64,000 nucleotides of DNA from Bacteroidales bacterium. GTDB lineage: Bacteria; Bacteroidota; Bacteroidia; Bacteroidales; VadinHA17. Position numbers and translations under genes: made by a program. Shown here piece after piece: positions 38,297 through 47,120 of this stretch. Each line of letters starts with the position of its first letter. Position 1 is the stretch's first letter. The stretch spans positions 108 to 64,107 of the forward strand of contig JAUVKT010000003.1 of NCBI GenBank assembly GCA_030596125.1. Direction: 5' to 3'. The notes beneath the pieces are model-generated. The model did not search any database, had not been told where the DNA came from, and saw only the letters and a list, made by a program, of their open reading frames with translations.

Positions 38297-38549
38297 GCCT
38301 TTTTGCAATTTTTTGTTTAAGATCATCTAAAGAATCATCCAACTGAATCTCCTTAAATCCACGGGCTATCCCTTTATCCAGTATTACAGACTGCTTTTCA
38401 TAGCGCTGGCAGGCATCACACATTAATTTATGTACTTTTAGCTGGAGCTTCTCCTTAAATGAGAGCCTGAAATGAAGTCTCTTCTCAATCATTTCGGTAG
38501 CTTTCAGACAGGAAAGAAACAGTATATGCATTATTTTTTCCATTTGCAC
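38280..38549 (-). CDS. Small anti-sigma factor (zf-HC2 type)
   Basis: HKLMCDAC matches HxxxCxxC. It lies immediately downstream of the ECF sigma gene. Start is GTG 38549 or ATG 38543. The 3' end overlaps the convergent nfnB-like gene by 17 nt. Confidence 0.55.
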   Translation of the reverse strand: MQMEKIMHILFLSCLKATEMIEKRLHFRLSFKEKLQLKVHKLMCDACQRYEKQSVILDKGIARGFKEIQLDDSLDDLKQKIAKRLKSGC

Positions 38550-38550
38550 T

Positions 38551-39108
38551 TCAGTCTTGAAACCAATTCACCTCGACACACTCCCTTAGTTGCAACTTTG
38601 CCCTGTGAATTATCTGCCAGTAATTAGTAGGGGCAAGTTCGAGTTCCTGACAAATATCTTCACCCTTCTTATTCATCAGGTATTTCAATTTTACGCACAT
38701 GATCCACTGTTCGGGCAGGGCATCAAGGCACTCTTTTAATATCTTCTGAAACTCGTCATCATCAAGAAGATTCTTCTCTTCATGGTGCCAATCAGCAGGC
38801 TTTTTGCTATGATACCATGTCCCGTTTACATCAAAGAAGTTTGAAAGCGTTTGATCATCCTTTTCAACAGGGTTGTTAACCTTTTTTCTATAAACATCAA
38901 TGATCTTATAGTTAAGTATTGATATGAGCCACGTTTTAGGAGAGCTGTCTCCTTTGAAAGAAGTCAGCTTCTCGGCTGCGGCCAGAAATGTATCTTGCAC
39001 AAGATCTTTTGCAAGTTCAGGGTCAGTAACTTTATGGATTGCCCACGAATAGAGGTCATTTGTATATTTCCCAACCCATTCGCCGAGATTATGCTTTTTT
39101 TCAGTCAT
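38551..39108 (-). CDS. ECF-type RNA polymerase sigma-70 family factor
   Basis: 185 aa with region 2 (DLVQDTFL) and region 4 (LPEQWIMCVKLKY...CQELELAPTNYWQIIHRAKLQLRE). Confidence 0.8.
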   Translation of the reverse strand: MTEKKHNLGEWVGKYTNDLYSWAIHKVTDPELAKDLVQDTFLAAAEKLTSFKGDSSPKTWLISILNYKIIDVYRKKVNNPVEKDDQTLSNFFDVNGTWYHSKKPADWHHEEKNLLDDDEFQKILKECLDALPEQWIMCVKLKYLMNKKGEDICQELELAPTNYWQIIHRAKLQLRECVEVNWFQD

Positions 39109-39297
39109 AAAAATCGTTATGTGCCATAAATGTAAGAATATATCCCGATACTGAAAATCATAGGAGGGTTAATAGTGGGTATAAATCTGGTTGAGAAAAT
39201 GGTTGAATCGTGGAGTTTTGTAATCGTGTAATCGTTGAAATATTTTTAGGACGAGTCAATAAATGAAACAAACGATTTACCTTGCCATTTATATTTT

Positions 39298-39374
39298 GTC
39301 CCCGCCGAAGCGGGATCTTCGCTTCGCTTCGACTTTTGTCGTTTCCTGGTACCCGGCACCCGGTACCCGGTACC
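39298..39374. repeat. Short tandem repeat patch (CTTCGCT-type units, TTGTCGT, and GGTACCC/GGCACCC x4)
   Basis: Read directly: ...cttcgcttcgcttcgacttttgtcgtttcctggtacccggcacccggtacccggtacc. Confidence 0.85.
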
Positions 39375-39460
39375 TTTTCACTCCTGGTCCGTTAATTAAA
39401 CCCGATCTATCATGATTTTGAACAATAAATACTTTAACTTTATTGGAAAGTCATAAACAT

Positions 39461-40510
39461 ATGAATACAAAGATCAATCTTCTTCTGATCGAAGATTCTC
39501 CTGATGATGCAGAACTAATTCTGGATGAAATTAAGGGAGGGGGATTTGATCCGGTATGGACAAGGATCTGTACTGCTGAGGAGCTTAAGGAGATCTTGCC
39601 GGACCGTGAATGGGATATGGTTCTTTGTGATTACGTTTTGCCGGGTTTTTCAGGCCTTGAAGCCATAAAGATCATTAAGAGATCAAACCCTTTGGTTCCG
39701 GTAATTTTAGTTTCCGGACATGTGGGTGAAGATAAGGCAGTTGAAGCGATGCAATCAGGGGCATCCGATTATATACTTAAAGATAATCTTATCAGATTGG
39801 TACCTGCAATACAGAGGGAGATTTCCGAATACAAATCCCGGAAAATCGCATTTGACAGGGCTCAGAATCTGTCGAGACGCCTTGAGACGATAAGGGAGGA
39901 TGAGCGAAAAGAGATTGCAAAAAATCTTCATGATGATCTTGGACAAATTTTAACAGCCATAAAGATGGATCTTAGCTGGTTGGAGAAGAGAATTATTGTT
40001 AGTGATCCCCGGTTGAAAGATAAAATGACATCAATAAAGGAGCTTGTTGATCATTCTATTCAAACTGTTCAGAGATTGTCTTCAGACTTGCGACCCAGCA
40101 TACTGGATGACCTTGGCTTATTAGAGGCATTCAAATGGCAACTCGGTCAGTTTAGTGAACGTACAGGCCTTTCCCTGAAACTTGATCTCCCGGATAATGA
40201 TCCGGATCTGTTACCTGAACAGGCAGTTTCTGTCTTCAGAATTGTGCAGGAGGCACTGACCAATATTGCCAGGCATGCAGATGCCACTGAAGTTCAGGTA
40301 ACTATTCAAAAAAACAGAGAGGAATTTACGATCCTGATCAAAGATAATGGAAAAGGAATCTCAGACGAGCAGATCAATTCACCGGAATCATTAGGGATAA
40401 TGAGTATGAAAGAACGGGTGTTTCATTGGAACGGTAGAATCGTAATTTCAGGAAAAAAGGATAAAGGAACCAGCATTCAGATAAGATTTATGCTCCAAAA
40501 CAAAAGATAA
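39461..40510 (+). CDS. Receiver-domain-containing histidine kinase (REC plus HisKA_3 plus HATPase)
   Basis: LLIEDSPDD..LCDYVLPG receiver, H-box NLHDDLGQILTAIK and HATPase (NIARHA, DNGKGI). Confidence 0.8.
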   Translation: MNTKINLLLIEDSPDDAELILDEIKGGGFDPVWTRICTAEELKEILPDREWDMVLCDYVLPGFSGLEAIKIIKRSNPLVPVILVSGHVGEDKAVEAMQSGASDYILKDNLIRLVPAIQREISEYKSRKIAFDRAQNLSRRLETIREDERKEIAKNLHDDLGQILTAIKMDLSWLEKRIIVSDPRLKDKMTSIKELVDHSIQTVQRLSSDLRPSILDDLGLLEAFKWQLGQFSERTGLSLKLDLPDNDPDLLPEQAVSVFRIVQEALTNIARHADATEVQVTIQKNREEFTILIKDNGKGISDEQINSPESLGIMSMKERVFHWNGRIVISGKKDKGTSIQIRFMLQNKR

Positions 40511-40626
40511 AGCAAATATGTCAAAGGTCAGATGTCAAATGTCAAATGTGAAGAGCAAATATGTCAAAGGTCAGATGTCAAATGTCAAATGTGAAGAGTA
40601 AATATGTCAAATGTAGAATGTTGAGA
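40511..40626. repeat. Heptamer-based tandem array (ATGTCAA family), 43 bp super-unit x about 2.6
   Basis: The super-unit gcaaatatgtcaaaggtcagatgtcaaatgtcaaatgtgaaga recurs at 40512, 40555 and 40598. Confidence 0.9.
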
Positions 40627-40648
40627 GAAAAATTGTAGATTTAAGTGT

Positions 40649-41011
40649 ATGAAAAAACTAATAACAGAGAGATTTTTAGAGTTTGCAGCCATAATTGTTA
40701 AAATTGGAAAAAAACTTAACAAAACTTTTGAAGGCAGACATGTTTATGGTCAACTGTTTCGTTCCGGCACCTCTTCAGGTGCTAATTATGAAGAATCACA
40801 TTCTGCACAAAGTCCTCGGGATTTTATTCATAAAAGAGAAGTTGCATTAAAAGAACTTCGTGAATCTTTATTCTGGTTACGATTAATTGAGAAAGTAAAG
40901 TTTATACCTGAAAAAGACCCGGATTTAGTTTTTCTGTTAAAAGAAAATCAGGAGTTAATTAATATTATCGCAAAAGCAATTTCAACAATGAAGAAAAAAA
41001 ATAACATTTGA
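40649..41011 (+). CDS. Four-helix-bundle protein (23S rRNA intervening-sequence protein / Avd-like family)
   Basis: 120 aa. QLFRSGTSSGANYEESHSAQSPRDFIHKREVALKELRESLFWLRLI matches the family signature. Confidence 0.75.
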   Translation: MKKLITERFLEFAAIIVKIGKKLNKTFEGRHVYGQLFRSGTSSGANYEESHSAQSPRDFIHKREVALKELRESLFWLRLIEKVKFIPEKDPDLVFLLKENQELINIIAKAISTMKKKNNI

Positions 41012-41175
41012 CCTTTAACATTTGCCATCATACATTTGCCATTTGACATCATACATTTGCCATTTGCCATTTGCCATCATACATTTGACCTTTGACTTTT
41101 GACATCATACATTTGCCATTTGACCTTTGACATCATACATTTGCCATTTGCCATTTGACATCATACATTTGCCAT
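41005..41175. repeat. Heptamer tandem array (CATTTGC/CATTTGA/CCTTTGA/CATCATA), inverted relative to 40511-40626
   Basis: About 24 consecutive heptamers, read directly. The array starts inside the last codons of the four-helix-bundle ORF and ends 6 nt before the response regulator ATG. Confidence 0.9.
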
Positions 41176-41180
41176 ATATA

Positions 41181-41807
41181 ATGACTCGCTTTCTTATCAT
41201 AGACGATCATCCCATTGTGCGGAAAGGCCTTCGGCAGACACTCGAAGAACTACCCGGTGTAATTAAAATTACTGAAGCAGGTGATTCTCATGAAGGACTC
41301 AGGGTATTTCGGGATTGTGATTTTGATGTGGTATTGCTTGACATCAATCTTCCGGGAAAGAGCGGATTTGAAATACTTGCTGATATGAAATCAATGAAAC
41401 CGGACATACCGATATTGATCATCAGCATGTATCCTGAAGAGCAATATGCAATCAGGGCATTGAAGTCCGGAGCATCGGGTTACCTGACAAAAGCAATGGC
41501 AGCAGATGAGTTGCCTGTTGCAATACGAAAATTGACTTCAGGAGGCAAATATATCACCCCTTCTATTGCAGAAAAGATAGTTAATGGTTTTGATTCGCCA
41601 GGTCCAAAACATGATTTGCTTTCAAACAGGGAATTTGAGGTAATGATCTGTATTGCAAAAGGAAAGCCAATTAAGGAGATAGCATCCATGCTCTCAGTAA
41701 GTGAAAAGACAGTAAGCACTTATCGCAGCCGGATACTTGAAAAAATGGATATGCAATCAAATGCCGATATTGTTAAATATATGATCCGGGAGAATTTGAT
41801 CGATTGA
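41181..41807 (+). CDS. NarL/LuxR-family response regulator
   Basis: Receiver (LIIDDHPIVR, LLDINLPG) plus LuxR HTH (LSNREFEVMICIAKGKPIKEIASMLSVSEKTVSTYRSRI). Start trimmed out of the repeat array. Confidence 0.85.
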   Translation: MTRFLIIDDHPIVRKGLRQTLEELPGVIKITEAGDSHEGLRVFRDCDFDVVLLDINLPGKSGFEILADMKSMKPDIPILIISMYPEEQYAIRALKSGASGYLTKAMAADELPVAIRKLTSGGKYITPSIAEKIVNGFDSPGPKHDLLSNREFEVMICIAKGKPIKEIASMLSVSEKTVSTYRSRILEKMDMQSNADIVKYMIRENLID

Positions 41808-41827
41808 GTACTACCTGATTCGACCAC

Positions 41828-41896
41828 AACCTGTAAACCTGTAACCTGTAACCTGCAACTTGCAACTTGCAACTTGCAACTTGCAACTTGCAACTT
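41828..41896. repeat. Heptamer tandem array (CCTGTAA x3 then CTTGCAA x6)
   Basis: Read directly: aacctgtaaacctgtaacctgtaacctgcaacttgcaacttgcaacttgcaacttgcaacttgcaac. Confidence 0.9.
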
Positions 41897-42056
41897 TCTT
41901 CTTCTTCCTACTCCATACTTGTCAGGATTTCCCTACACCAAAATCAGGCTTCCCCGACAACCTATAGCACTCAATTCTTACATCCCGATTAAAAGGTATG
42001 GCATATCTTGCATAAGAAATTATTTCTCTGCAACAGAGTAGCGTAAACAATATTAT

Positions 42057-43991
42057 ATGAAACAGATGAAAAAACTAGTTAATATTTTAATGATTGAAGA
42101 TTTTCAGGATGATGCAGAACTGATAAGCTTTGAACTTGACAGGGGAAAAATTGATCATAAGATCACCAGGATCTGGGAAATTGATAAACTGGAAGATGAG
42201 CTTCAAAAACTGGTTTGGGACCTGGTCCTTTGTGACTATTACCTTCCGGGATTTAACGGGGCTGATGCGATAAGAATTATTCGGAAAAAAAGGCCCGATT
42301 TACCAATCATCCTTGTATCTGGAATGGTAGGGGACGAAAAGGCCGTTGAAGTTATGAAACTGGGAGCCAGGGATTATATTCTTAAAGACAATCTAAATCG
42401 TCTGATCCCTGCTGTTAAAAGAGAAGTTTATGATTTTAAACTACGGCAAACTCACTTAAATACAGAGAAAGCACTTGAGATACAGACTTCCCTTTCCCAG
42501 GTTTTCATTGATCATATTCCTGCCAGTGCCAGGCTTGTTGAGAAGAAAACTTATAGGGTATTATCAGCAAACAATTATGCACTGAAACATGGCACTATTC
42601 CGGGAAAGAAGTGCTATGAGTACAATCCTGGACAGAAAGAGCCATGCCCCAATTGTAAACTACATGATTTAGGAGAGGGGAACCGACACATTAATGCTGA
42701 GTCAAAAGAAAATGGAGATACCTATGATGAACATTGGGTAAATATAGATGAAAACCTGGCCCTTCATTACACCTTTAATATTACTGAAAGGAAACAATCT
42801 GAAAAAGAACTCATACAGGCGAAAGAGGAGGCAGAGGAGTCTGATCGCCTGAAATCAGCATTTCTTTCAAATATGTCACATGAGATCAGAACTCCAATGA
42901 ATGCTATTATTGGGTTTACCCAGATACTGAAAGATAATACGATAACAGATGATGAGCGGAATTCTTATATTGAGATTATTGAGCAGAGCGGAAACAACAT
43001 GCTGAATCTTCTTACAGATATTATAGAGTTTTCGCGTTTAGAGTCCGGAGACTATAAATTGAATAATGAAGAATTCCAGGTTGAAAAGTATATTGAGGAC
43101 CTGTTTGACCGGTTTAATAATGAATTGAAATTGAAAAACGAAAAGGATCTGCAACTCAGTCTTTCAAAACCTGAAGGCGATCAAATGGTTGTACTGAATC
43201 AGGATAAGAGTTGCCTTACCCAGATTTTGAACAGCCTGTTTCAAAACGCAAAGAAATTCACAAACCGGGGATCTATTGAGATTGGTTTCGAACTAATTGA
43301 AAAAGAGATTCGTTTTTATGTTAAGGACACCGGAATTGGTATTGAAAAGGAAAAACAGGAGATAATTTTTCAGCGATTCCGTCAGGTTGAAGAAGAAAAA
43401 ACAAGAACTTATAGTGGGGCAGGCCTTGGCCTGGCAATATCAAATAATATATTAGAGATCATGGGGAGTAAAATCTGGGTAGAATCTGAGTATGGAACCG
43501 GATCAACATTCTATTTTACACTTCCGGTTTACCGGATTGATAAAACTTCACATCCGGAGCATGCTGAATCTTCCGGAGAAGATCATGGTCAGGATACCCC
43601 TTTAATGTTAACCGGTAAAATAATCCTGATTGTTGAAGACGAAATTACAAATTACCTGGTTTTGGAAAATTTCCTGCAGAAATATAACCCCGAAATTCTT
43701 TGGGCCAAAAATGGTGAAACTGCCATAGATATTGTACATAGCAGGAAAGATATAGATCTGATTCTGATGGATATCCGGCTTCCTGGCATTGATGGAATGC
43801 AGGCCACCCGGACTATTCGCCAATTCAATACTAATATTCCTATAATTGCCCAGACAGCTTATGCATTACAGGAAGATATTGACAGAGCTTTCGAGTCTGG
43901 GTGTGATGATTTGATTACAAAGCCAATCAACTTTGAATTATTGATTGAAAAGATGCAAGTTTTTCTTTGCGTCTCTGCGTCTTTGCGGTAA
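42057..43991 (+). CDS. Hybrid sensor histidine kinase (REC, Cys-containing sensor region, HisKA, HATPase, REC)
   Basis: The N-terminal receiver is paralogous to that of 39461-40510. H-box SHEIRTPMNAIIGF, then GAGLGLAI and a C-terminal receiver (LIVEDE, LMDIRLPG). The last 9 codons lie in an octamer repeat. Confidence 0.8.
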   Translation: MKQMKKLVNILMIEDFQDDAELISFELDRGKIDHKITRIWEIDKLEDELQKLVWDLVLCDYYLPGFNGADAIRIIRKKRPDLPIILVSGMVGDEKAVEVMKLGARDYILKDNLNRLIPAVKREVYDFKLRQTHLNTEKALEIQTSLSQVFIDHIPASARLVEKKTYRVLSANNYALKHGTIPGKKCYEYNPGQKEPCPNCKLHDLGEGNRHINAESKENGDTYDEHWVNIDENLALHYTFNITERKQSEKELIQAKEEAEESDRLKSAFLSNMSHEIRTPMNAIIGFTQILKDNTITDDERNSYIEIIEQSGNNMLNLLTDIIEFSRLESGDYKLNNEEFQVEKYIEDLFDRFNNELKLKNEKDLQLSLSKPEGDQMVVLNQDKSCLTQILNSLFQNAKKFTNRGSIEIGFELIEKEIRFYVKDTGIGIEKEKQEIIFQRFRQVEEEKTRTYSGAGLGLAISNNILEIMGSKIWVESEYGTGSTFYFTLPVYRIDKTSHPEHAESSGEDHGQDTPLMLTGKIILIVEDEITNYLVLENFLQKYNPEILWAKNGETAIDIVHSRKDIDLILMDIRLPGIDGMQATRTIRQFNTNIPIIAQTAYALQEDIDRAFESGCDDLITKPINFELLIEKMQVFLCVSASLR

Positions 43992-44005
43992 AAAATTATA
44001 GACAT

Positions 44006-44683
44006 ATGAAAAATGCAGCAAAAACCAGGGAACAGCTTTTACACGAGTTAGAGAAATCAAATAATAGAATTGCTGAACTGGAAAAATCTGAAACCGGGCG
44101 CAAGCAGATGGAGAAAACGCTACAGGAAAGCGAACAAAGATTCCGAAAACTTTTAGAGAATGTGCCTACAGTTGCAGTGCAGGGATACAATTCCGATGGA
44201 GATATTCATTATTGGAATAAAGCAAATGAATCTATATATGGTTATACGGCAGATGAAGCTATCGGGAAAAATCTCATTGATCTGATCATTCCACCTGAAA
44301 TGAAGGAAGATGTGAAGAAAATAATCAGGAACGGTGCAAAAATTGGGGAAATGCCACCTGCTGCTGAAATAACCTTAATGCGCAAAGATGGAAAACCGGT
44401 CACTGTATTCACGAGTCATGCAATAGTACAACAATCCGGGAAAGAACCGGAATTGTTTTGTATTGATGTGGATTTGACCGAGCGCAAACAGGCGGAAGAA
44501 GAACTTGCACAATACCGTGAGCATCTTGAAGAACTTGTACTGGAACGAACTTCAGAACTGGAAGATAGAAATAAAAAACTTGAAAAATTCAATAAACTTT
44601 TTGTAGACAGGGAATTCAGGATTAAAGAGCTTAGGGACAGGGTTAAGGAACTGGAGAAAGCAGTAGGCAGTCCCGGAAAATAG
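44006..44683 (+). CDS. Stand-alone PAS sensor with conserved coiled-coil N- and C-caps (array member A)
   Basis: N-cap KTREQLLHELEKSNNRIAELEK, one PAS domain and C-cap ERKQAEEELAQYREHLEELVLERTSELEDRNKKLEKFNKLFVDREFRIKELRD. No output domain seen. Confidence 0.7.
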   Translation: MKNAAKTREQLLHELEKSNNRIAELEKSETGRKQMEKTLQESEQRFRKLLENVPTVAVQGYNSDGDIHYWNKANESIYGYTADEAIGKNLIDLIIPPEMKEDVKKIIRNGAKIGEMPPAAEITLMRKDGKPVTVFTSHAIVQQSGKEPELFCIDVDLTERKQAEEELAQYREHLEELVLERTSELEDRNKKLEKFNKLFVDREFRIKELRDRVKELEKAVGSPGK

Positions 44684-44753
44684 AAATCTCCGATTTCATA
44701 TTTTTCCGAGGATCCTCGAAAATTAATGCAAATCACAGATTTGCTAATTTTCG

Positions 44754-44796
44754 GGATAGGCAGTAGGCAGTAGGATAGGCATAAGCGATAAGCGCT
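44754..44796. repeat. Heptamer patch (GGCAGTA / GATAAGC units)
   Basis: Read directly: gataggcagtaggcagtaggataggcataagcgataagcgc. Confidence 0.8.
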
Positions 44797-44830
44797 TGAT
44801 TATAACATGAAAAGTATTGTTAGAAAAATA

Positions 44831-44937
44831 CATTTGCCATTTGCCATTTGCCATTTGACTTCATACATTTGACTTTTGACATCATACATTTGACATAAAA
44901 TTTGACCTTTGCCATTTGACATCATACATTTGACATA
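44831..44937. repeat. Heptamer tandem array (CATTTGC/CATTTGA/CATCATA family), third locus
   Basis: Same unit family and orientation as 41005-41175. Confidence 0.9.
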
Positions 44938-44957
44938 AAGAGCCTAAAGTTATTATA

Positions 44958-46370
44958 ATGGAAAACAGAGATAAAACCAAAACCAGGGAACAGCTTTTAA
45001 ACGATACAGTTCTTTTAAATGCTAAAATAGCCAGGCTGGAAAAAGATAAAGAGATATTTCAGGTAATTGCAGAAAACACAAGTGATAATATTGCAATTAC
45101 AAGTTTTGATCTGAAAGCTGAATATCTTTATGTTAGTCCTTCTGTAAAACATGTTCTTGACTATGATCCAAAGGATCTGGTTGGTAAATCATTTTTTGAT
45201 TTTATTCATCCTGATGATAAGAAAGTTCTGTTTCCATTATTAAAAAAGTATGTTAATCATAAAATAAAAAAGCTCCTATCCGGGAAAAATATTCCGGTTA
45301 GTAAAACAGTTGATTTTCGCTTTAGAAAGAAAAACGGAGACTGGTGTTTTATGCAAAGTGCTATAAATATAGTGGGAAATCAATTTATTTCAGTTACGAG
45401 AGACATCACCGAGCGTAAACGAGCGGAGAAAGCACTGAAGGAAAGTGAGAAACAGTTGCAAACTTTGATTGATGCTATGCCGGATTTTGTTTGTTTTAAG
45501 GATGGAGATGGATGCTGGCTCAAGGCTAATAATGCCTGCATCCGGATTTTCCAACTTGAGGATATAGACTATCGGGGAAAAACTGACTCTGAACTAGCTG
45601 AACTCAATAGCAATCTTCGGGGTACATTCCTTACGTGCAAAGAAACCGATACAAGAGCCTGGGAAGGGGAGGGTGTTTTTCACGGAGAAGAGACGGTTCC
45701 TGATCCAGATGGTTCAGTCCGGATTTACGATATGACCAAATTGGCTGTTCTTCAACCGGATGGTGAGCGTATTGGTCTTGTTGTTCTGGGACATGACATC
45801 ACCGAACGCAAACAGGCGGAGGAGATGCTGCAGGAAAGCGAGGATAGATTAAGACAAATTATTGATATTGTGCCACATATGATCTTCGCAAAAGACAGGA
45901 ACGGGCGTTTCATTATTGCAAATAAAGCCGTAGCTGACGGATGTGGAATAACTCCGGAAAAAATGGTTGGAAAGACACATCCGGAATTATTGGGAGCTAC
46001 TCCTGAACAATATGAGTCTTACCTGACAGATGACCGTGAAGTTATAGATAGTGGAAAATTGAAATTTATTCCCGAAGAAAATTATACTTTTCCTGATGGT
46101 CATAAGGTAATTATGGAAACAACCAAAATCCCGTTTACTTCCGCAGGAATACCTACTGTTCTGGGCGTATCAATCGATATCACCGACCGCAAACAGGCTG
46201 CAGAAGAACTTGCAAAACACCGTGAGAACCTGGAAGAACTTGTTCAGGAACGAACAAAAGAACTGGAAGATAAAAACATAAAACTTGAAAAATTCAATAA
46301 GCTTTTCGTTGACAGGGAATTCAGGATTAAGGAGCTTAGGGATAAGTTGAAGAAACTGGAGGGAAAGTAA
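44958..46370 (+). CDS. Stand-alone multi-PAS sensor with conserved caps (array member B)
   Basis: N-cap MENRDKTKTREQLL, three PAS-type segments each ending in DITERK, then the C-cap. No output domain. Confidence 0.7.
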   Translation: MENRDKTKTREQLLNDTVLLNAKIARLEKDKEIFQVIAENTSDNIAITSFDLKAEYLYVSPSVKHVLDYDPKDLVGKSFFDFIHPDDKKVLFPLLKKYVNHKIKKLLSGKNIPVSKTVDFRFRKKNGDWCFMQSAINIVGNQFISVTRDITERKRAEKALKESEKQLQTLIDAMPDFVCFKDGDGCWLKANNACIRIFQLEDIDYRGKTDSELAELNSNLRGTFLTCKETDTRAWEGEGVFHGEETVPDPDGSVRIYDMTKLAVLQPDGERIGLVVLGHDITERKQAEEMLQESEDRLRQIIDIVPHMIFAKDRNGRFIIANKAVADGCGITPEKMVGKTHPELLGATPEQYESYLTDDREVIDSGKLKFIPEENYTFPDGHKVIMETTKIPFTSAGIPTVLGVSIDITDRKQAAEELAKHRENLEELVQERTKELEDKNIKLEKFNKLFVDREFRIKELRDKLKKLEGK

Positions 46371-46424
46371 GAAGAAGTATGTAGTAGTAGGAAAGGCAAA
46401 AGGCATAGGGCGTAGGGGAAAAGG
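46371..46424. repeat. Degenerate heptamer patch after the C-cap
   Basis: Read directly: gaagaagtatgtagtagtaggaaaggcaaaaggcatagggcgtagggg. Confidence 0.7.
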
Positions 46425-46456
46425 AAGTGTCCCGGGTAAAATAGATAGATTAAAAA

Positions 46457-47107
46457 ATGATGGAAAACAGAGACAAGACCAAAACCAGGGAACAGCTCTT
46501 AAAAGAGTTGGAGAAAGCAGACAAAAGAATTGTCGAACTGGAAAAATTCAAAACCGAACGGCTGTTTACTGAACAGGCAGGCAAGCAGGTAGAGGAGGAA
46601 ATCCGAAAATTATCTAAAGTGGTGGAGACTACTTCGGAAGCAGTTGTGATAACAGATATGCAGGGAATGATAGAATATGTAAACCAGGGACTTCTTACGC
46701 TTGGCAGTTATGAAGATGATAGCTTAATAATTGGGAAATCGGTCTTTATGTTCAGCACTGCAGAAGGCGAAAATCAATTAAAAGAAAAAATTATTCCAAC
46801 AATATTGGCTAAAGGAAAATGGAGAGGAGAGGTTCCTGTTAAACGAAAAGATGGTTCTATCTTTCCTGCGGAGATGATTTGTTCGCATATATTGGATGAA
46901 GAAGGTAAACCAAAATCTTTATTATCTCAATATCAAGATATCACAAAGAGAAAGAAAGCAGAAGAAGAACTCCGGGAAAAAATGAATGAACTTGAAGCTT
47001 TTTATCGTGCTACTCTGGGTCGGGAGGGTCGTGTTATTGAGCTAAAACAAGAGGTAGATGGGTTGTTGGAACAACTTGGTGAAAATAAGAAATATACAAA
47101 TATTTAA
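46457..47107 (+). CDS. Stand-alone PAS sensor with N-cap and diverged C-cap (array member C)
   Basis: MENRDKTKTREQLLKELEKADKRIVELEK, one PAS domain and the tail ELEAFYRATLGREGRVIELKQEVDGLL. Confidence 0.7.
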   Translation: MMENRDKTKTREQLLKELEKADKRIVELEKFKTERLFTEQAGKQVEEEIRKLSKVVETTSEAVVITDMQGMIEYVNQGLLTLGSYEDDSLIIGKSVFMFSTAEGENQLKEKIIPTILAKGKWRGEVPVKRKDGSIFPAEMICSHILDEEGKPKSLLSQYQDITKRKKAEEELREKMNELEAFYRATLGREGRVIELKQEVDGLLEQLGENKKYTNI

Positions 47108-47120
47108 TAGAGGGGAGATC

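Noticed and set aside
40649-41011. Diversity-generating retroelement, because the four-helix-bundle protein is Avd-like
   Set aside because: The window has no reverse transcriptase and no template/variable repeat pair with adenine-specific differences.
40511-41175. Possible CRISPR array, based on the regular short repeats and the 43 bp super-unit
   Set aside because: The units are 7 bp with no unique spacers. The 43 bp super-unit is itself made of heptamers, and no cas genes are present. It is a tandem repeat, not a CRISPR array.
44416-44736. Antisense ORFs inside the PAS genes and other large genes (for example 44416-44736, 48959-49402, 49287-49631, 323-781, 3941-4591, 36871-37326, 57088-57672, 53647-53982)
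   Set aside because: They are Ser/Leu/Phe-rich translations of the opposite strand of clearly coding, motif-bearing genes. None has a recognisable domain.
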